NCBI GenBank assembly: GCA_951406725.2
Contig: OX597815.1
Span: forward strand, 172,236,001 to 172,300,000
Direction of reading: 5' to 3'
Source of the DNA: Octopus vulgaris
Lineage: Eukaryota
Length of the DNA stretch: 64,000 nucleotides
In this document: in pieces, positions 26,301 through 41,050 of the stretch
How the letters are laid out: every line of letters starts with the position of its first letter
How positions within the stretch are numbered: the first letter of the stretch is position 1
Position numbers and translations under genes: made by a program
The notes under the pieces: generated by a model
Seen by the model: the letters and a program-made list of their open reading frames with translations, nothing else
Told to the model about the DNA's origin: nothing
The model's database searches: none

Positions 26301-29300
26301 CATTTTGTCCAGCATACTAAGTATTCTGCCAGCTCCACGCTGATAACAATTAAAAATAATATAAAAGATATCCATTTGTTACATCTCTGTTAAATCATCA
26401 CACTTTCTATAGTAATCTATTAAGTTCATAACTTAGTCCTTGCTCCAAAGTTTTAAATACCCCTTGAATTCCCTCAATGCTTGAATTCCCTATTGCAAAC
26501 TAATCCCAAAATTTCAAACAATAATTCATCACCATCAGCATCATTGCCATCGTTTAACATCCACTTTCCATGCTAGCATGGGTTGGACAATTTGACTTGA
26601 GGTCTGGTGAACCAGATGGCTACACCAGACTCCAATCTGATCTGGTAGAGTTTCTACAGCTGGATGCCCTTTCTAACACCAACCACTCCGAGAGTGTAGT
26701 GGGTGCTTTTACATGCCACCGGCACGAGGGCCAGTCAGGTGGTACTGGCACCGGCCACGCTCAAATGGTGCTTTTTACATGCTACCTGCACAGGAGCCAG
26801 TCTAGTGGCACTGGCAACGACCTCACTCGAATGTTATTTTGTTTTTCACGTGCCACCAGCACAAGTGCTAGTAAGGTGACGCAGGCAAGTAAATTGTATT
26901 TACCAAATACAACTGGCCTTCTTCTCATGTCAAAATGGACATACAGAGAAAAATAAAATTATGAAAATAATGAAATTTCTCATGGAACATTTGTAATATA
27001 ATTGGAGAAATATTCTAATTAAGTATTTTACAAGAGTAGAAATCTATTAATTTATTCTGTTATTTATTATTTTTGCATATTTATTTATTCACTTATTCAT
27101 TTATTTTTCATTTTATTTATTCATTGGTTTGTTAATTTTGAAATAACATGTCATTACTTATTTTTCTCTGGTTTCAGGCCAAACAAATGCATTATTCTTG
27201 TCTGTGCTGTACTGTAAATGAATCTGAATATCCAACTGAAGAAAACAGCTATGATAAAGTAATGCATATTTAATCTAAATTTGATGGATGTTTCTGCCAA
27301 GTTACTAAATATATTTATAATAGTTATTACACTATTCTTTCAGCTATGAGTAAATTTTGTTGAAATTATAGGTTTTGTTAGTTTTGATGGTGTTAAATTT
27401 ATTCTATAAATTTACTGCTGACATGATTGGAATTATGATTGTTGTTATAGCTGAGTAAATACTAACACAGACATAGAAAACCTATGGTATTCAGGCCACA
27501 TGTGGCTTCTGAAGATGTTTTGTATGACACATGTAATATCATGATTTTATCATCATCATCATCATCATCATCGTTTAACGTCCGCTTTCCATGCCAGCAT
27601 GGGTTGGACGATTTGACTGAGGTTTGGCGAACCAGATGGCTGCACCAGACTCCAATCTGATCTGGAAGAGTTTCTACAGCTTGATGCCCTTCCTAATGCC
27701 AACCACTCTGAGAGTGTAGTGGGTGCTTTTACGTGCCACTGGCACAAGGTCCAGTCAGGCGGTACTGGCAATGGCCATACTCAAATGGTGCTTTTTATGT
27801 GCCACCTGCACAGGAGCCAGTCCAGCGGCACTGACAACAACTGCGCTCGAATGTTTTTTTTCCACGTGCCACCAGCACAAGTGCTAGTTAGGTGACACAG
27901 GCAATGATCACACTCAAATGGTGTTTTTAACATCCCAACGGCACGGAGGCCAGCTTGTTGTTCTGGCAACGATCTCACTCATAATATATGTATATATGTG
28001 GAATAGTGGTTAGGATATTGTATTCATAATTGTAAGATCGGGATCTTCATTCCTTGTCCAGAGGTGCATTGTGTTCTTGAGTAAAACATTTTATTTCACA
28101 TTGCTCAGTCCACTCGACTGTAATTGAGTTCTATCAATAGCTTGGGAAGTCAACACAATGAGGGACCGGTATCCCATTCGGTAGATAATGTTGTAATCTC
28201 AGTCATCTATACACCATGGATTCTAGTGTAAGCTCCAGCTCATGAAGACGTAAGGCTCGTGAAAGAAAAAATAACACACACACACATATTCATATACATA
28301 TATGAAGATATATATAGACACACATAAATACACATATATATGTAACTACATAGTACATACAAATATACATGCATGCATGCATACATACATACATACATAC
28401 ATACATACATACATACATACATACATACATACATACATACATACATACATACATACATACATACATACATACATACATACATACATACATAAAGCTAATA
28501 GTGAAGGATTAGCAATCAAGTCAAAATACTTCATAAGTGCTCTGTTGGTACACCAGGCTAACATTATTGTTGCGATTAGTGAAGGACTCCAAGTATTCTT
28601 AGGGTGCAAGGTTATGGCTCATCACAATTCTATATTGTAAATCCATGGTTGGGCCCCAAACAAACTGGTTTATACAGAGTGATATATAAGACAAGTATAG
28701 ATAATGGTTATGGACATTGGAAACAACTGATCAATAGACTGACTGAGTAAACTTATTAGTAACATACTTATAATGACTACTGGAAACAGCTGTAAGCCAA
28801 ATTTAATTTAAAAAGTAAAAATATGTAACGATTATTATCTACAACTTGTCATACATATCATCATCATCATCATCATCAACATCATTTAACGTCCGCTTTC
28901 CATGCTAGCATGGGTTGGACGGTTCAACTGGGGTCTGGGAAGCCTGAAGGCTGCACCAGGCCAGTCAGATCTGGCAGTGTTTCTACAGCTGGATGCCCTT
29001 CCTAACGCCAACCACTCCGTGAGTGTAGTGGGTGCTTTTTATGTGCCACCGACACAGGTGCCAGACAAGGCTGGTGACCGGCCACGCTCGGATGGTGTTT
29101 TTTTTTGTGCCACCGACACAGGTGCCAGACGAGGCTGGCAAACGGCCACGCTCAGATGGTGTTTTCTACGTGCCACCAGCATGGAGGCCAGGCGAGGCTG
29201 GCACAGCCACGATCGGATGGTGTTTGTTACGTGCCCACAGCATGGAGGCCAGTCGATGTGGTACTGGCTACGGCCACGTTCGGATGGTTTTCTTATGTGC

Positions 29301-29603
29301 CACTGGCACTGGTACCACAAAAATACAAATTCCATTGATGTTCATCGATTTTGATTTGATTTGATTTTCACTTGCCTCAACAGGTCTTCACAAGTAGAGT
29401 TATGTGACCCAAGAAGGAAGGTATGCACAGGTGGACTGACTACGTCCCAGGTAGGGGCCATGGGTTATGGCCTCACGTGTCCTGCCGGGTCTTCTCGCGC
29501 ACAGCATACTTCCAAAGGTCTCGGTCTCTGGTCATTTTCTCGGTGAGACCTAAAGCGCGAAGGTCGTTCTTCACCACCTCGTCCCAGGTTTTCCTGGGTC
29601 TAC

Positions 29604-29648
<45 letters not shown>

Positions 29649-29661
29649 TCATTATTCATCA

Positions 29662-29696
<35 letters not shown>

Positions 29697-30232
29697 GAGT
29701 GAGAGAGCAGTGCATGCCATCAAAGTGACACTGGGGTAAAATATACAAAGCCCAGTATACCTATCATGATTACCCGTCTGATAAGGTACACCAGGCACAT
29801 GCATCACAACCATATGTGCGTGACATTGTGATCTCATATCAAGATAAACAGCAAACAACCTTGCAGGTGGGGCCCAGTTAGAATTTTCTTTTGGTCGAGT
29901 AGCACATCCTGCTCAAAAGGTCCCTGAATAAGGATTGTTTAAGGATGTTGAACGAACCACTCATGTTTCCAAAGGTGAATTATCCAAACCTCTAAGAATT
30001 CCTTTCAACACACAGCTATGATGCTCCCCCACTACTTCTACTCATGATCAGAGATGCACATATCATCAGCCACTAAGGGACATGCTCAACTGGTTATGGT
30101 CAAACAACTGACAAGCAAATCTGTGGTATTGAGCAGAATATTTGCTGTAGCCCATCTTTTATACCAAAACAAAACAATGTACATGATAACACTTCCAATC
30201 AGTTAAGATCAGAAGCCATGAGAACTACTGTT

Positions 30233-30309
<77 letters not shown>

Positions 30310-30322
30310 TACTACTACTATG

Positions 30323-30357
<35 letters not shown>

Positions 30358-30501
30358 ATTAAGGGCTGCTTCTCTAAGTAAAGCCACATGCTTAGTATTA
30401 ATTTCTTACCTTGATTGGTTTTACATACTGACTACTTGATAAAATCTTATATAGATTTTATCCTTATATTTAATTGATATATATATGTATATATATATAC
30501 A

Positions 30502-30579
<78 letters not shown>

Positions 30580-31095
30580 TTAATGTCCATTGTCCATGTT
30601 AGCATGAATTGGACAGTTTGACCAGGCCTGGTATGCTGGAAGGCTGTATCAGACTCCAGTCAGATTTGGAATGGTTTTCTGTGGCTGAATGTCCTTCCTA
30701 ACGCCAACTACTCCGAGAGTGTAATGGGTGCTTTTACGTGTCACTGGCATGGGTGCCATTTGTATGACACCAGTATCTGCCAGGTGTTTTACATTTTGAG
30801 CAAAGCTCTTCTTCAGAAGCAGGAGACAGGAAAGTCCAAGAGAAAAGGAAGACAGAAAAAAAAAAATCGCCAACAGTCCACATTGGTTGAAACAATCATC
30901 ATACAAAATCAAGAGTTATACCAATTCCATCTTCCGTTCACATAATTTGATTATTTTCTCAATTAATATGACAGAATTCTTGAAGTAGATCCAAAGGAAA
31001 TATATTCCAACTGCAGATGACAGCATCCCAAACTGCCAATGTTTTACTCAACACATCAGCACACTAATTGATGTATACTCATTAGTCCAAAATAT

Positions 31096-31131
<36 letters not shown>

Positions 31132-33381
31132 TCTATATGTGAAAAAGACTTGTTTCTAAATCTATGTTTTATATATTTTACAGGATAAACTGTACAATAG
31201 AGGAATAATTCAAACAGTAAAATGTTCGAACCCAAATATGAATCATGCAAGAGATTCTAATTCTTCAGTGCATCTAATCTCCTCAGAAAAACGTAAGTTA
31301 CTTTTTTAATCCTACAGTTACATTTTTAATATTTTGTCTTCTGCTAATTAAAACAATCATGCTTGTTTTAGACAAAAACTTGTTAGGGCTGAAACAATGT
31401 ATTTTGAAACACAAAAGTGAACTACAAAAGCAAAGACAGGACAGCAGTTGAAGTTATACCTTGTATTTCTCCATGCTACCCCTATTATGCACCCTCATTA
31501 GATGTAGTATAATGTAGTTCATTTTAGTAGATGATGGGTAAATACCAGAACCCCGCGTTCATGTGTATCACGTCAGGTCGACGATGGAAAGGATGGCTTC
31601 CCTTTGCAAATACTGATAGGGTACAGAAAGTGTGTCAATAGCCAGCTGAAGAAGATGTTCTCCTGGGGCTACAAGCTACAGTAGCATCCACCCTTAGTGG
31701 TTAGCCACATTTAAATGACAAATATACTTCACATTGTCATGTAGCTATTGTTTATACCTCGTTCAGAGATTTATTATTGTTCATTTTAGTATTGATATGA
31801 TTCAAAAGTTTTGCAATATTTTGGTATCTTATTTGCTTTATTCAAGTTACAACAAAAGCAGCCTAGCACTCAAAGTAGTGATCATTATGTTGCACTGTTT
31901 GAAGTCACCTTTCTGCCAGTTCTTTGATTCCACACAGAAGCTTCCACCTTCTCTTAGTTGAAGCATTGCAAGTGCAGGAAGTGAGCCATGGATCAGAACA
32001 AGTAATAATCAGAAGGAACTAGGTCCACACTATATACAGGGTGTGGAACTACTTCAATTTCCTCAGATTTCTGGAGTTTATCCCGGATTGTTTGAGGTCT
32101 TGCACTGTCTTGCTGCAGAAGAGCTCGCTTTCCTTTAACTAATGCTGGGTAGTTTTGCTGCACAGTGCCATACATCCACTCCAGCTGTTCAGAGTACAGA
32201 TTGGCATTGATGGTTCAACTGTCCAGAACAAAAGTAGACACAAAACATCTCCTTATGTTTGAAAAACACATGTTTGACAACAGGATATGAAAGCTGACCC
32301 TTGCTTAGCCACTGCTTATGTGTATTAGGATTGCAGGAAAGTATCTCCCTTGGATTATTACTAGCTCTGATCCATAGTTCACTTCCTGCACTTACAAGAA
32401 GGAGGAAGAAGCTTCAGTGAAGTAGTTCTTTATCCCAAAGGACACGAACTGGCATCAGTGTGGGATCAAAAAACTGGCAGAACGGTGGCTTCAGATGGTG
32501 CAACACAATGGCCTCATGGTTGTCTCTTCTCAGTCAGAGACTCTACCAAGGACTGTGAAGCTAGACATAAAGCAAATTTGCAACATTATTTTAATTTTTT
32601 TTCATATATTATCAGAAGCTTAATGAATCTGGTCTTATATATACATATGTTTCTTTACACAGCATAAGAATTGAGGCTAAAAATATGTGGTCATCATATT
32701 TGTTAATTAGAGCAATAAAACTCAAATTGTTGAAATCAGAAGTGACTTACAAGCAAAGAAGTTCTCACGATAAATTTATGCTACAAAATATGAATTGTAA
32801 AGCTCAATGAAACTGGTTGAATTTAAGTCAAGGAAACATAATGAGAGGGACTCGTCTGAATGGACAGATTAAATCATATAAAAGAAGTGAAAGGAAATCA
32901 CTAAGTGAACTAAATATGGTTTAGAGAAGAGAATCTCTTTATAAATTTATATCAAGTCCCTGTGTGCATATGTACATGCTCCCATGAATGAATTATAAAG
33001 ATCTATAATACATAGCTGTACAGGTAAAAGAAAGGAAGAGACAGAGCCGAAAAAGGAGATGAAAAAGAGAAGAGTGACAAAGTGTATACATTAAGTTTTT
33101 AACAGTGATAAAGAGAATCAATGAAGGAGAGAAGAATGATACATATATGTAACCTATGTATATATACACACAGATACTCATATGCATATGCAGCTATGTA
33201 TAAATATTGGGTAATAAGTTCTTTACATATATGTTTCCGTTTATGTTCATTGGGGTTGTTATATTTTATCTTATATACACTTTCTTTCTCTCAATAATGA
33301 ACAAAAAAAGAAATAATAGAGAGTAAAACAGTTGTAAAATTTCACATTTTTTATAATATTCAAGTCCTCTTAAGTTTTTTA

Positions 33382-33448
<67 letters not shown>

Positions 33449-36400
33449 ATATATCTGTGGTTCTCTCCCTCTTTTTCTCACTCTCTTTTTTGAGAAAAGA
33501 AAGAGAAGTTAAGAAAAGAATGTGACAGAGAAAGATAGAAAATGTGCATGGGTTAAATATTCTAGATAAGAGATTAGAGCATGACAAAAAGAATTACTGA
33601 AGGGAAGATTAAGTGAGAGAAAAAGACAGCACGGAAGAATAAAGAAAAGACAAAATGCATCAGTTTGCTCTCAGCCTGTTCTTTGATCTTACAATTCACA
33701 AAGCTCAAGGTCAAAAACATTCAAAAGTTGGAATCTACCTAAAAAACAATGAATGCTTTTCTTATAGTCACTTTTGTGTAGCTATGTCCAGAATAGGAGA
33801 TTTAAGTAGACTTAGTATTATAACAAAAATAATGAATGAAAATGGATCTTTTGTCTAAAACAAAATATTGTATACAGAAATTTTGTAGAAGCAGACACTA
33901 CATTACTGTATAATATAATAAATAAAATTTCCATGGATTTTTTCTTATAAAATGCAGTTTAAATATAGAAGACAAATAATAATCATACTAAATATGTCTC
34001 AACAAGTTTTTTTAATCATTGAGTAATTCATCATCATCATCATCATCATTATCATCATTATCATCATCATTATCGTTTAACGTCCGTTTTCCATGCTAGC
34101 ATGGGTTGGACGGTTCGACCTGGGTCTGGGAATCCAGGAGGCTGCAACAGGCTCCACTCTGATCTGGCAGTGTTTCTACAGCTGGATGCCCTTCCTAATA
34201 TCAACCACTCTGTGAGTGTAGTGGATACTTTTTATGTGCCAGGCAAGGCTGGCAATGGCCACGATCGGTTGCTGCTTTTTATGTGCCACTGGCACGGAAG
34301 CTCGTCAAGGCAGTGCTGGCATCAGTCACATACAGATGGTGCTTTTTATGTGCCACCAGCACAGGTATCACAACTACAATTTTCATTTGACTTTTTTGAT
34401 GTTGACGTACTTGACTCAATAGGTCTCCTAAAGCACAGCAGGCTATCCTGTGATCCAAGGTACTTTGAATGGGCTGGGGCTTCTATGTGAAGCTGGTGCA
34501 GGAAATAACCATGAACTCACATTATTTGTTGGATCTTCGCAGTCACAGCATAATTGTATGCTATAAATGTGATTTAAGTCATTTGAATATTGTATGAACA
34601 CATGAAACAAGAATTTTTGCTTACATTAAATTTTCTACATCAAAGGTGCTGGCATGGTTATTGGTGCAGGTGTGGTTGTGTGGTTGGGAAATTTGCTTCC
34701 CAACCACATGGTTTTAGGTTCAGTCTCACTATGTGGAACCTTGAGCAGGTGACATCTACAATAGTCCTGGGTTGATCAAAGCCTTGTGAGTGGATTTGGT
34801 TGAAAGAAACCTGTTTTGTGTGTGTGTGTATGTGTGTGTGTGTGTGCCTCTGCGTGTGTGTGTGTGTGTATAAAATGAGTATATATATATATATATGAGT
34901 ATATACATATATATATATTTTTTTATTAATGATTGGCAGAAGTTACAGAGTGACACAAGGACCAAGCATTTCATGCATTGATAATAAGTGTCAACATACA
35001 AAACTCACATCCCATGAGTCACTCTGTAACTTCTGCAACTATCAACAAAAAATGTAAATAAATAAAATATGTTCCTGGTATTTAAAAAAAACTAATGCAC
35101 TAAGATATATTTAGATAAAAATACTTAATACTATACATTTATATTTTATGACTGTTTATTTTTCATAATTTATTTTTCACTTTTTACTTTTGATTTTGTT
35201 TTTAATTATTGTCTCTCATGCTGAAAAACATAGATACATTTAAATTCAGTCTTTTCTTGGATCTGTGAATCCTACTATATCAAAAATTACACTGAAGAGA
35301 TTCTTACCTACAACCAATGGATTTTAATAGTTTTATTATGGGTAAGAATTGAAGCAATTGTATGTAATTTGTATTTATTATTTATTATATTATATTATAT
35401 TATATTATATTATATCATATTATTATAAGAATATAATATAACATTATGTTAATAAATTATTATTTTTGAATTGTCAGTTGTATATCTCCGTTTTCTATTC
35501 ATTTTTATATATATCATCATCATTTAACGTCTGTTGTTCATGCTAGCATGGGTTGGATAGTTTGACTGGGCTAGCATGCTAGAAGGCTGCACCAGACTCC
35601 AGTCTGATTTTGCATGGATTTCTATGGCTGGATGCCCTACTTAATGCCAACCACTCTGAGAGTGTAATAGGTGCTTTTACATACTACCAGCATGCATGCC
35701 ATTTGCATAACACTGGGGTGCATTTATGGGCCAGTGGTATGGGTACTAATTTGCATGACACTGGTATCTGCCATGACTGCAATTTTGCTCGGCTTGATGG
35801 GTCTTCTTCTCAAGCATAACATAATGTCAAAAGCCTTGATATTTGTCTCCATGAGGCCCAACATTCATACGATATCCTTTATGTGCTACCAACACGGATG
35901 CACTTGGCTTAATGGGTCCTCTCAAGCACAGCACCTCACTAAAGGTTTTGGTCACCAATCATTGCCTCTGAGAGGCTCAGAGTTCGAAGATCATGTTTCA
36001 CCACCTCATCCCATGTCTTCCTGGGTCTACCACATGTTTCCTTCACAGTTAGAGATCAGCACTTCTTTACACAGCTGTCCTCATCCATACACATTACATG
36101 GCCATACCAGCGCAGTTGTTTCTCTTGCACACCACATCGGATTCCTCTTATGCCTAACTTTCCCTCAAGATGCTTACATTCTGTCAAACATGCACACTGA
36201 CATTGCACATCCAGCGAAGTATACTGGCTTCATTTCTTTCAACCACACATGTCCTCAGCTGTCATAGCCCATGTTTCACTGTCATGCTGCATGGCTGTTC
36301 ACACACAGGCATCAAACACTCTGCCTTTCACTCTGAGAGAGAGGGGCCTTTTGTTGCCAGCAGGGGTAGGACCTTCTGAACTTTGCCCAGCCTAAACTTA

Positions 36401-39400
36401 TTCTCACAACTACACTCTCAGGCCATCCACCCCCACTACTAACTTGGTTACCTAGATAATGGAAGCTATCTACTACTTCTAGCTTGCCTCCCTGGCAGTT
36501 GATGGAGCCTGTTTTCTGTGCATTTTCAGCATTTATTGTACTTGTGCACCTTCCACATACAAAAGTTAGTTACCCTGTTAACCTTTCTTGGATGTTGCTG
36601 CACCTTTTATGTGTCTAAAGCTTCCATTGGATGCATCTTATGGAGTTTTTTACACCTTTTCTACAGATTGAGCAGGGCCATCTACCTGAAGGGATTTGTG
36701 TTCTGTCTACTTTCCTACTAACTATGACTTTGGTTTTTGCTAGGTTAACCCTAAGGCCCTTTGATTCTAGACCTTGCTCCCATACCTGGAACTTCTCTAG
36801 TTCAAGTAGTGACTCAACTATAAGAGCAAGGTCATCAGCATAGAGGAGCTCCTAGATGCAGCCTGCCTTGAATTCCTCTGTTATTGTCTGGAGAACTATG
36901 ATGAACAAGAGGGGGCTGAGCACCGATCCTTGGTGAACCCCTACTTGTACCCTGAATTCTTTGCTGTACTCATTGCCCACCCTCACCATACTGGTGTTTT
37001 ATGGATGAAAAGGAATTGGGAAGTTTTATGCATGTTGTGCAAAAATTTCAGAGACGTTAAATAGAGATTGACAAAAGTGATAAATGATATAATGAGTTGG
37101 TAACACAATTAACAAATCCATTTTTGTTTGATGCAATCTATGGTGAAAATCTTACAGTAGTTATAAAATGCATGTTATTTCAAACTGTTGCTTCTATTAG
37201 AAGCGAATACATTTTTTATATTCAGACACCTGTACTTTAACATGTATAAAGTCAAGCCAATTTGAGTAGCTGATGTAGAATATGAGAGTTGCATGCAAAT
37301 TTTATGATGCATGATTCTTTGAATTAATCTTATAAACAATTTCTATGGAAATCTGAAATTGTTTTAGGCTGTTAATCTAATTTTGGTTATTTATACTTTT
37401 TTATGTAAAGATGTGGAGAAAAAAAGTCTAATCCGAATGAGATCTCTACCACCATTATTTAAAGGTAAGATTAAATGAATGTTAGCATTCACTTTTTGTT
37501 TTTCTTTGTTTTTGTTATAAAATATGCATTCAAGAACAGTAGCTTTGTTAAATGTATAAGCTCAATGAGTTGTCCAATAAGTCTAATAGTGGTTCATTGT
37601 AATGATATTACTTTGCTTTTATTTTTATTTTTTACCTTAAAAAAAACCTTTACCATTTGTGTTACCTCTTAGGTTTAAAAGATTCACCAAGAAAGGTTAA
37701 ATTTATAGTCTTAGTTTAATATATGATGCAAAAGATTACAAATTTACCTGGTATTATCTTACATTAAAGTAAGGTCTAATGTGGTGAGCTGGCAGAATCA
37801 TTAGCATGCTGGAAAAGATGCTAAGAATTTTGTCTGTCTTTACATTCTGAGCTCAAATTCTGCTGAAGTCAACATTGCCTTTCATCCTTTCAGGGTTCAT
37901 AAAATAAGCCCCATTTGAGAACTAGGATCGATGTGATCAACTATCCCCTTCTCCCAAAATTTCAGGCTTTGTACCTATAGCAGAAAGAATATTAAATAAG
38001 ATCTGACAGAATAAATAATATAGATATGGATTTTAAGGCGGCGAGCTGGCAGAAACGTTAGCACGCCAGGTGAAATGCATAGCCGTATTTCATCTGCCGT
38101 TACGTTCTGAGTTCAAATTCCGCCGAGGTCGACTTTGCCTTTCATCCTCTCGGGGTCGATTAAATAAGTACCAGTCACGCACTGGGGTCGATATAATCGA
38201 CTTAATCTGTTTGTCTGTCCTTGTTTGTCCTCTCTGTGTTTAGCCCCTTGTGGGTAGTAAAGAAATAGGTATTTCATCTGCCGTTACATTTTGAGTTCAA
38301 ATTCAACCGAGGTCGACTTTGCCTTTCATCCTTTCGGGGTCAATAAATTAAGTACCAGTTATGCACTGGGGTCGATGTAATCGACTTAACCCCTTTGTCT
38401 GTCGTTGTTTGTCCCGTCTATGTTTAGCCTCTTGTGGGCAATAAAGAAATAAGAATTGTTAGCACACCATTTTGTCCATCTTTACATACTAAGTTCAAAT
38501 TCTGCCAAAATCAACTTTGCCTTTCACCCTTTTAGGGGCAATGAAATAAGTACTAGTCAATGTAATCAAATAGATCTCTCGATGTAATCAAATAGACCTC
38601 TCTTGCAAAATTTCAGGCCTTGAAATAGAAAGAAATATAGATATGAATTTTCAAACAGATTATATCCTTGATGTATTTCCTTGATTTTATTTGTATCTAT
38701 TATTTAAATATTTCTTTTCTTTACAAAAGATTCGATAAAAGACTCATCAATGAAAGCAAAGAATTTAACGGCTGACGTTGAACTCCAAAACCAAACTAAA
38801 TCAATTTCAAATTATCAGAACAATGAGGCTATTGAAAAGTCACCATTTATCTCGTCTAGCACTCTCAGTAAGAGTTCTGAAATAGTGTACAATTGTGAAC
38901 AAACTGCTGAAAATAATCACAACCCTACCCGAAGTGCAAAGCAAAACAAACGAAGTAAACGAAATACTATCACAGGAGAAACCATTCGGGAAATTACATC
39001 AGTTCTTGCTGAAACAAAGTAAGGACTGATTTTTTTTCTTTTCCTATTGCTTATAGAAATGTGATAGACAGTTATTAAAGTTTACACAATCATTATATAT
39101 GTTTCAAGATTTTATAACTAAATAATAAATGGAAGGTGTGGCTGTGGTGAGGTGGTTAAGAAATTTGTTTCCCAACTACATGATTTCAGGTTCAGTCCCA
39201 CTATGTGGTAACTTGCACAAGTGTCTTCTACAACTCTAAGCTGACCAAAACTTTGTGACTGGATTTGGTCAGTGGTGAGTCTCAGTTTGTGGGGAAGGTA
39301 AAGAAAACCAGAAGTAGGTCAGAGAGGAAGGGATGATAAGTAACAGCACAAATGAGCTGGGGTGTGAAAAGTAAGTTTCATAAAATCGTAGACAGATTAG

Positions 39401-39523
39401 AAATAGGGAGATGATGTGAAGTGGGGTAGGTGTTAGAACTCAATATACATATGCTTCAGAAGAAAACATTAGTTGAGTACAGAGCATAATATGAGATTAA
39501 ATAAATTATATTCATTTAATTTC

Positions 39524-39555
<32 letters not shown>

Positions 39556-41011
39556 GTATTTATATATCATCATCATCATCATCGTTTAACGTCCGCTTTC
39601 CATGCTAGCATGGGTTGGACGGTTCAACTGGGGTCTGGCAAGCCCGAAGGCTGCACCAGGCCAGTCAGATCTGGTAGTGTTTCTACAGCTGGATGCCCTT
39701 CCTAACGCCAACCACTCCGAGAGTGTAGTGGGTGATTTTATGTGCCACCGACACAGGTGCCAGACGAGGCTGGCAGACGGCCACACTCGGATGGTGTTTT
39801 TTATGTGCCACCGACACAGGTGCCAGACGAGGCTGGCAGACGGCCACGCTCGGATGGTGTTTTTTATGTGCCACCTACACAGGTGCCAGACGAGGCTGGC
39901 AGACGGCCACGCTCGGATGGTGTTTTCTTATGTGTCACCGGCACAGGTGCCAGACGAGGCTGGCGAATGGCCACGCTCGGATGGTGTTTGTTACATGCCC
40001 TCAGCACGGAGGCCAGTTGATGCGGTACTGGCTACGGTCACGTTCAGATGGTTTTCTTATGTGCCACCAGCACTGGTACCATAAAGGATACAAATAGGAT
40101 ACAAATTCCATTGATGTACATCTATTTTGATTTGGTTTTGATTTTGATTTTCACTTGCCTCAACAGGTCTTCTCAAGTGTCACAATAAGGAAGGTATGCA
40201 CAGGTGGACTGACTACGTCCCAGGTAGAGGCCACGGGATATGGCTTCACTAGTCTTGCCGGGTCTTCTCACGCACAGCATACTTCCATAGGTCTCGGTCT
40301 CTAGTCATTTCCATGGTGAGGCCTAACGTCCGAAGGTCGTGCTTCACCACCTCGTCCCAGGTTTTCCTGGGTCTACCTCTTCCACGGGTTCCCTCAACTG
40401 CTAGGGATTGGCACTTTCTCACACACCTATCTTCATCCATTCTCGCCACATGACCATACCAGCGCAATCGTCTCTCTTGCACACCACAACTGATGCTTCT
40501 TAGGTACAACATTTCCCTCAAGGTACTAACGCTCTGTCGAGTAAGTACACTGACATTACACATCCATCGGAGCATACTGGCTTCATTCCTCACGAGCTTA
40601 CACATGTCCTCAGCAGTCATGGCCCATGTTTCACTGCCATGTAGCATAGCTGTTCGTACACATGCATCATACAGTCTGCCTTTTACTCTGAGCGAGAGGC
40701 CTTTAGTCACCAGCAGAGGTAAGAGCTCCCTAAACTTTGCCCAGGCTATTCTTATTCTAGCAGTTACACTTTCAGCGCTCCCACCCCCACTACTGACTTG
40801 GTCACCTAGATAGCGGAAGCTATCAACTACTTCTAGTTTTTCCCCCCGGAAAGTGACGGAAGTTGTTTTCTGCAGATTTTCGGAGGTCAATGCTCCCGAG
40901 CATCTGCCACATACAAAAACTATCTTCCCAGTTAGCCTACCTTTGACATTGCTGCACCTCTTATGTGTCCATAGCTTACACTGGGTACATCTTATAGAGT
41001 TTCTACCTACA

Positions 41012-41050
<39 letters not shown>

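Noticed and set aside
35234-35341. Extra exon ending TGG|GTAAGA
   Set aside because: Frames from the plausible acceptors either contain stops or end in a phase incompatible with the 37411 and 38730 exons.
37673-37695. 23-nt micro-exon (GLKDSPRK) after a good acceptor
   Set aside because: It ends in phase 0 but the next exon needs phase 1, so inclusion would frameshift; left unannotated pending RNA data.
39741-40075. CRISPR-like regular repeats
   Set aside because: Whole units repeat with no unique spacers; they are part of a eukaryotic LINE 3' UTR and no cas genes are present.
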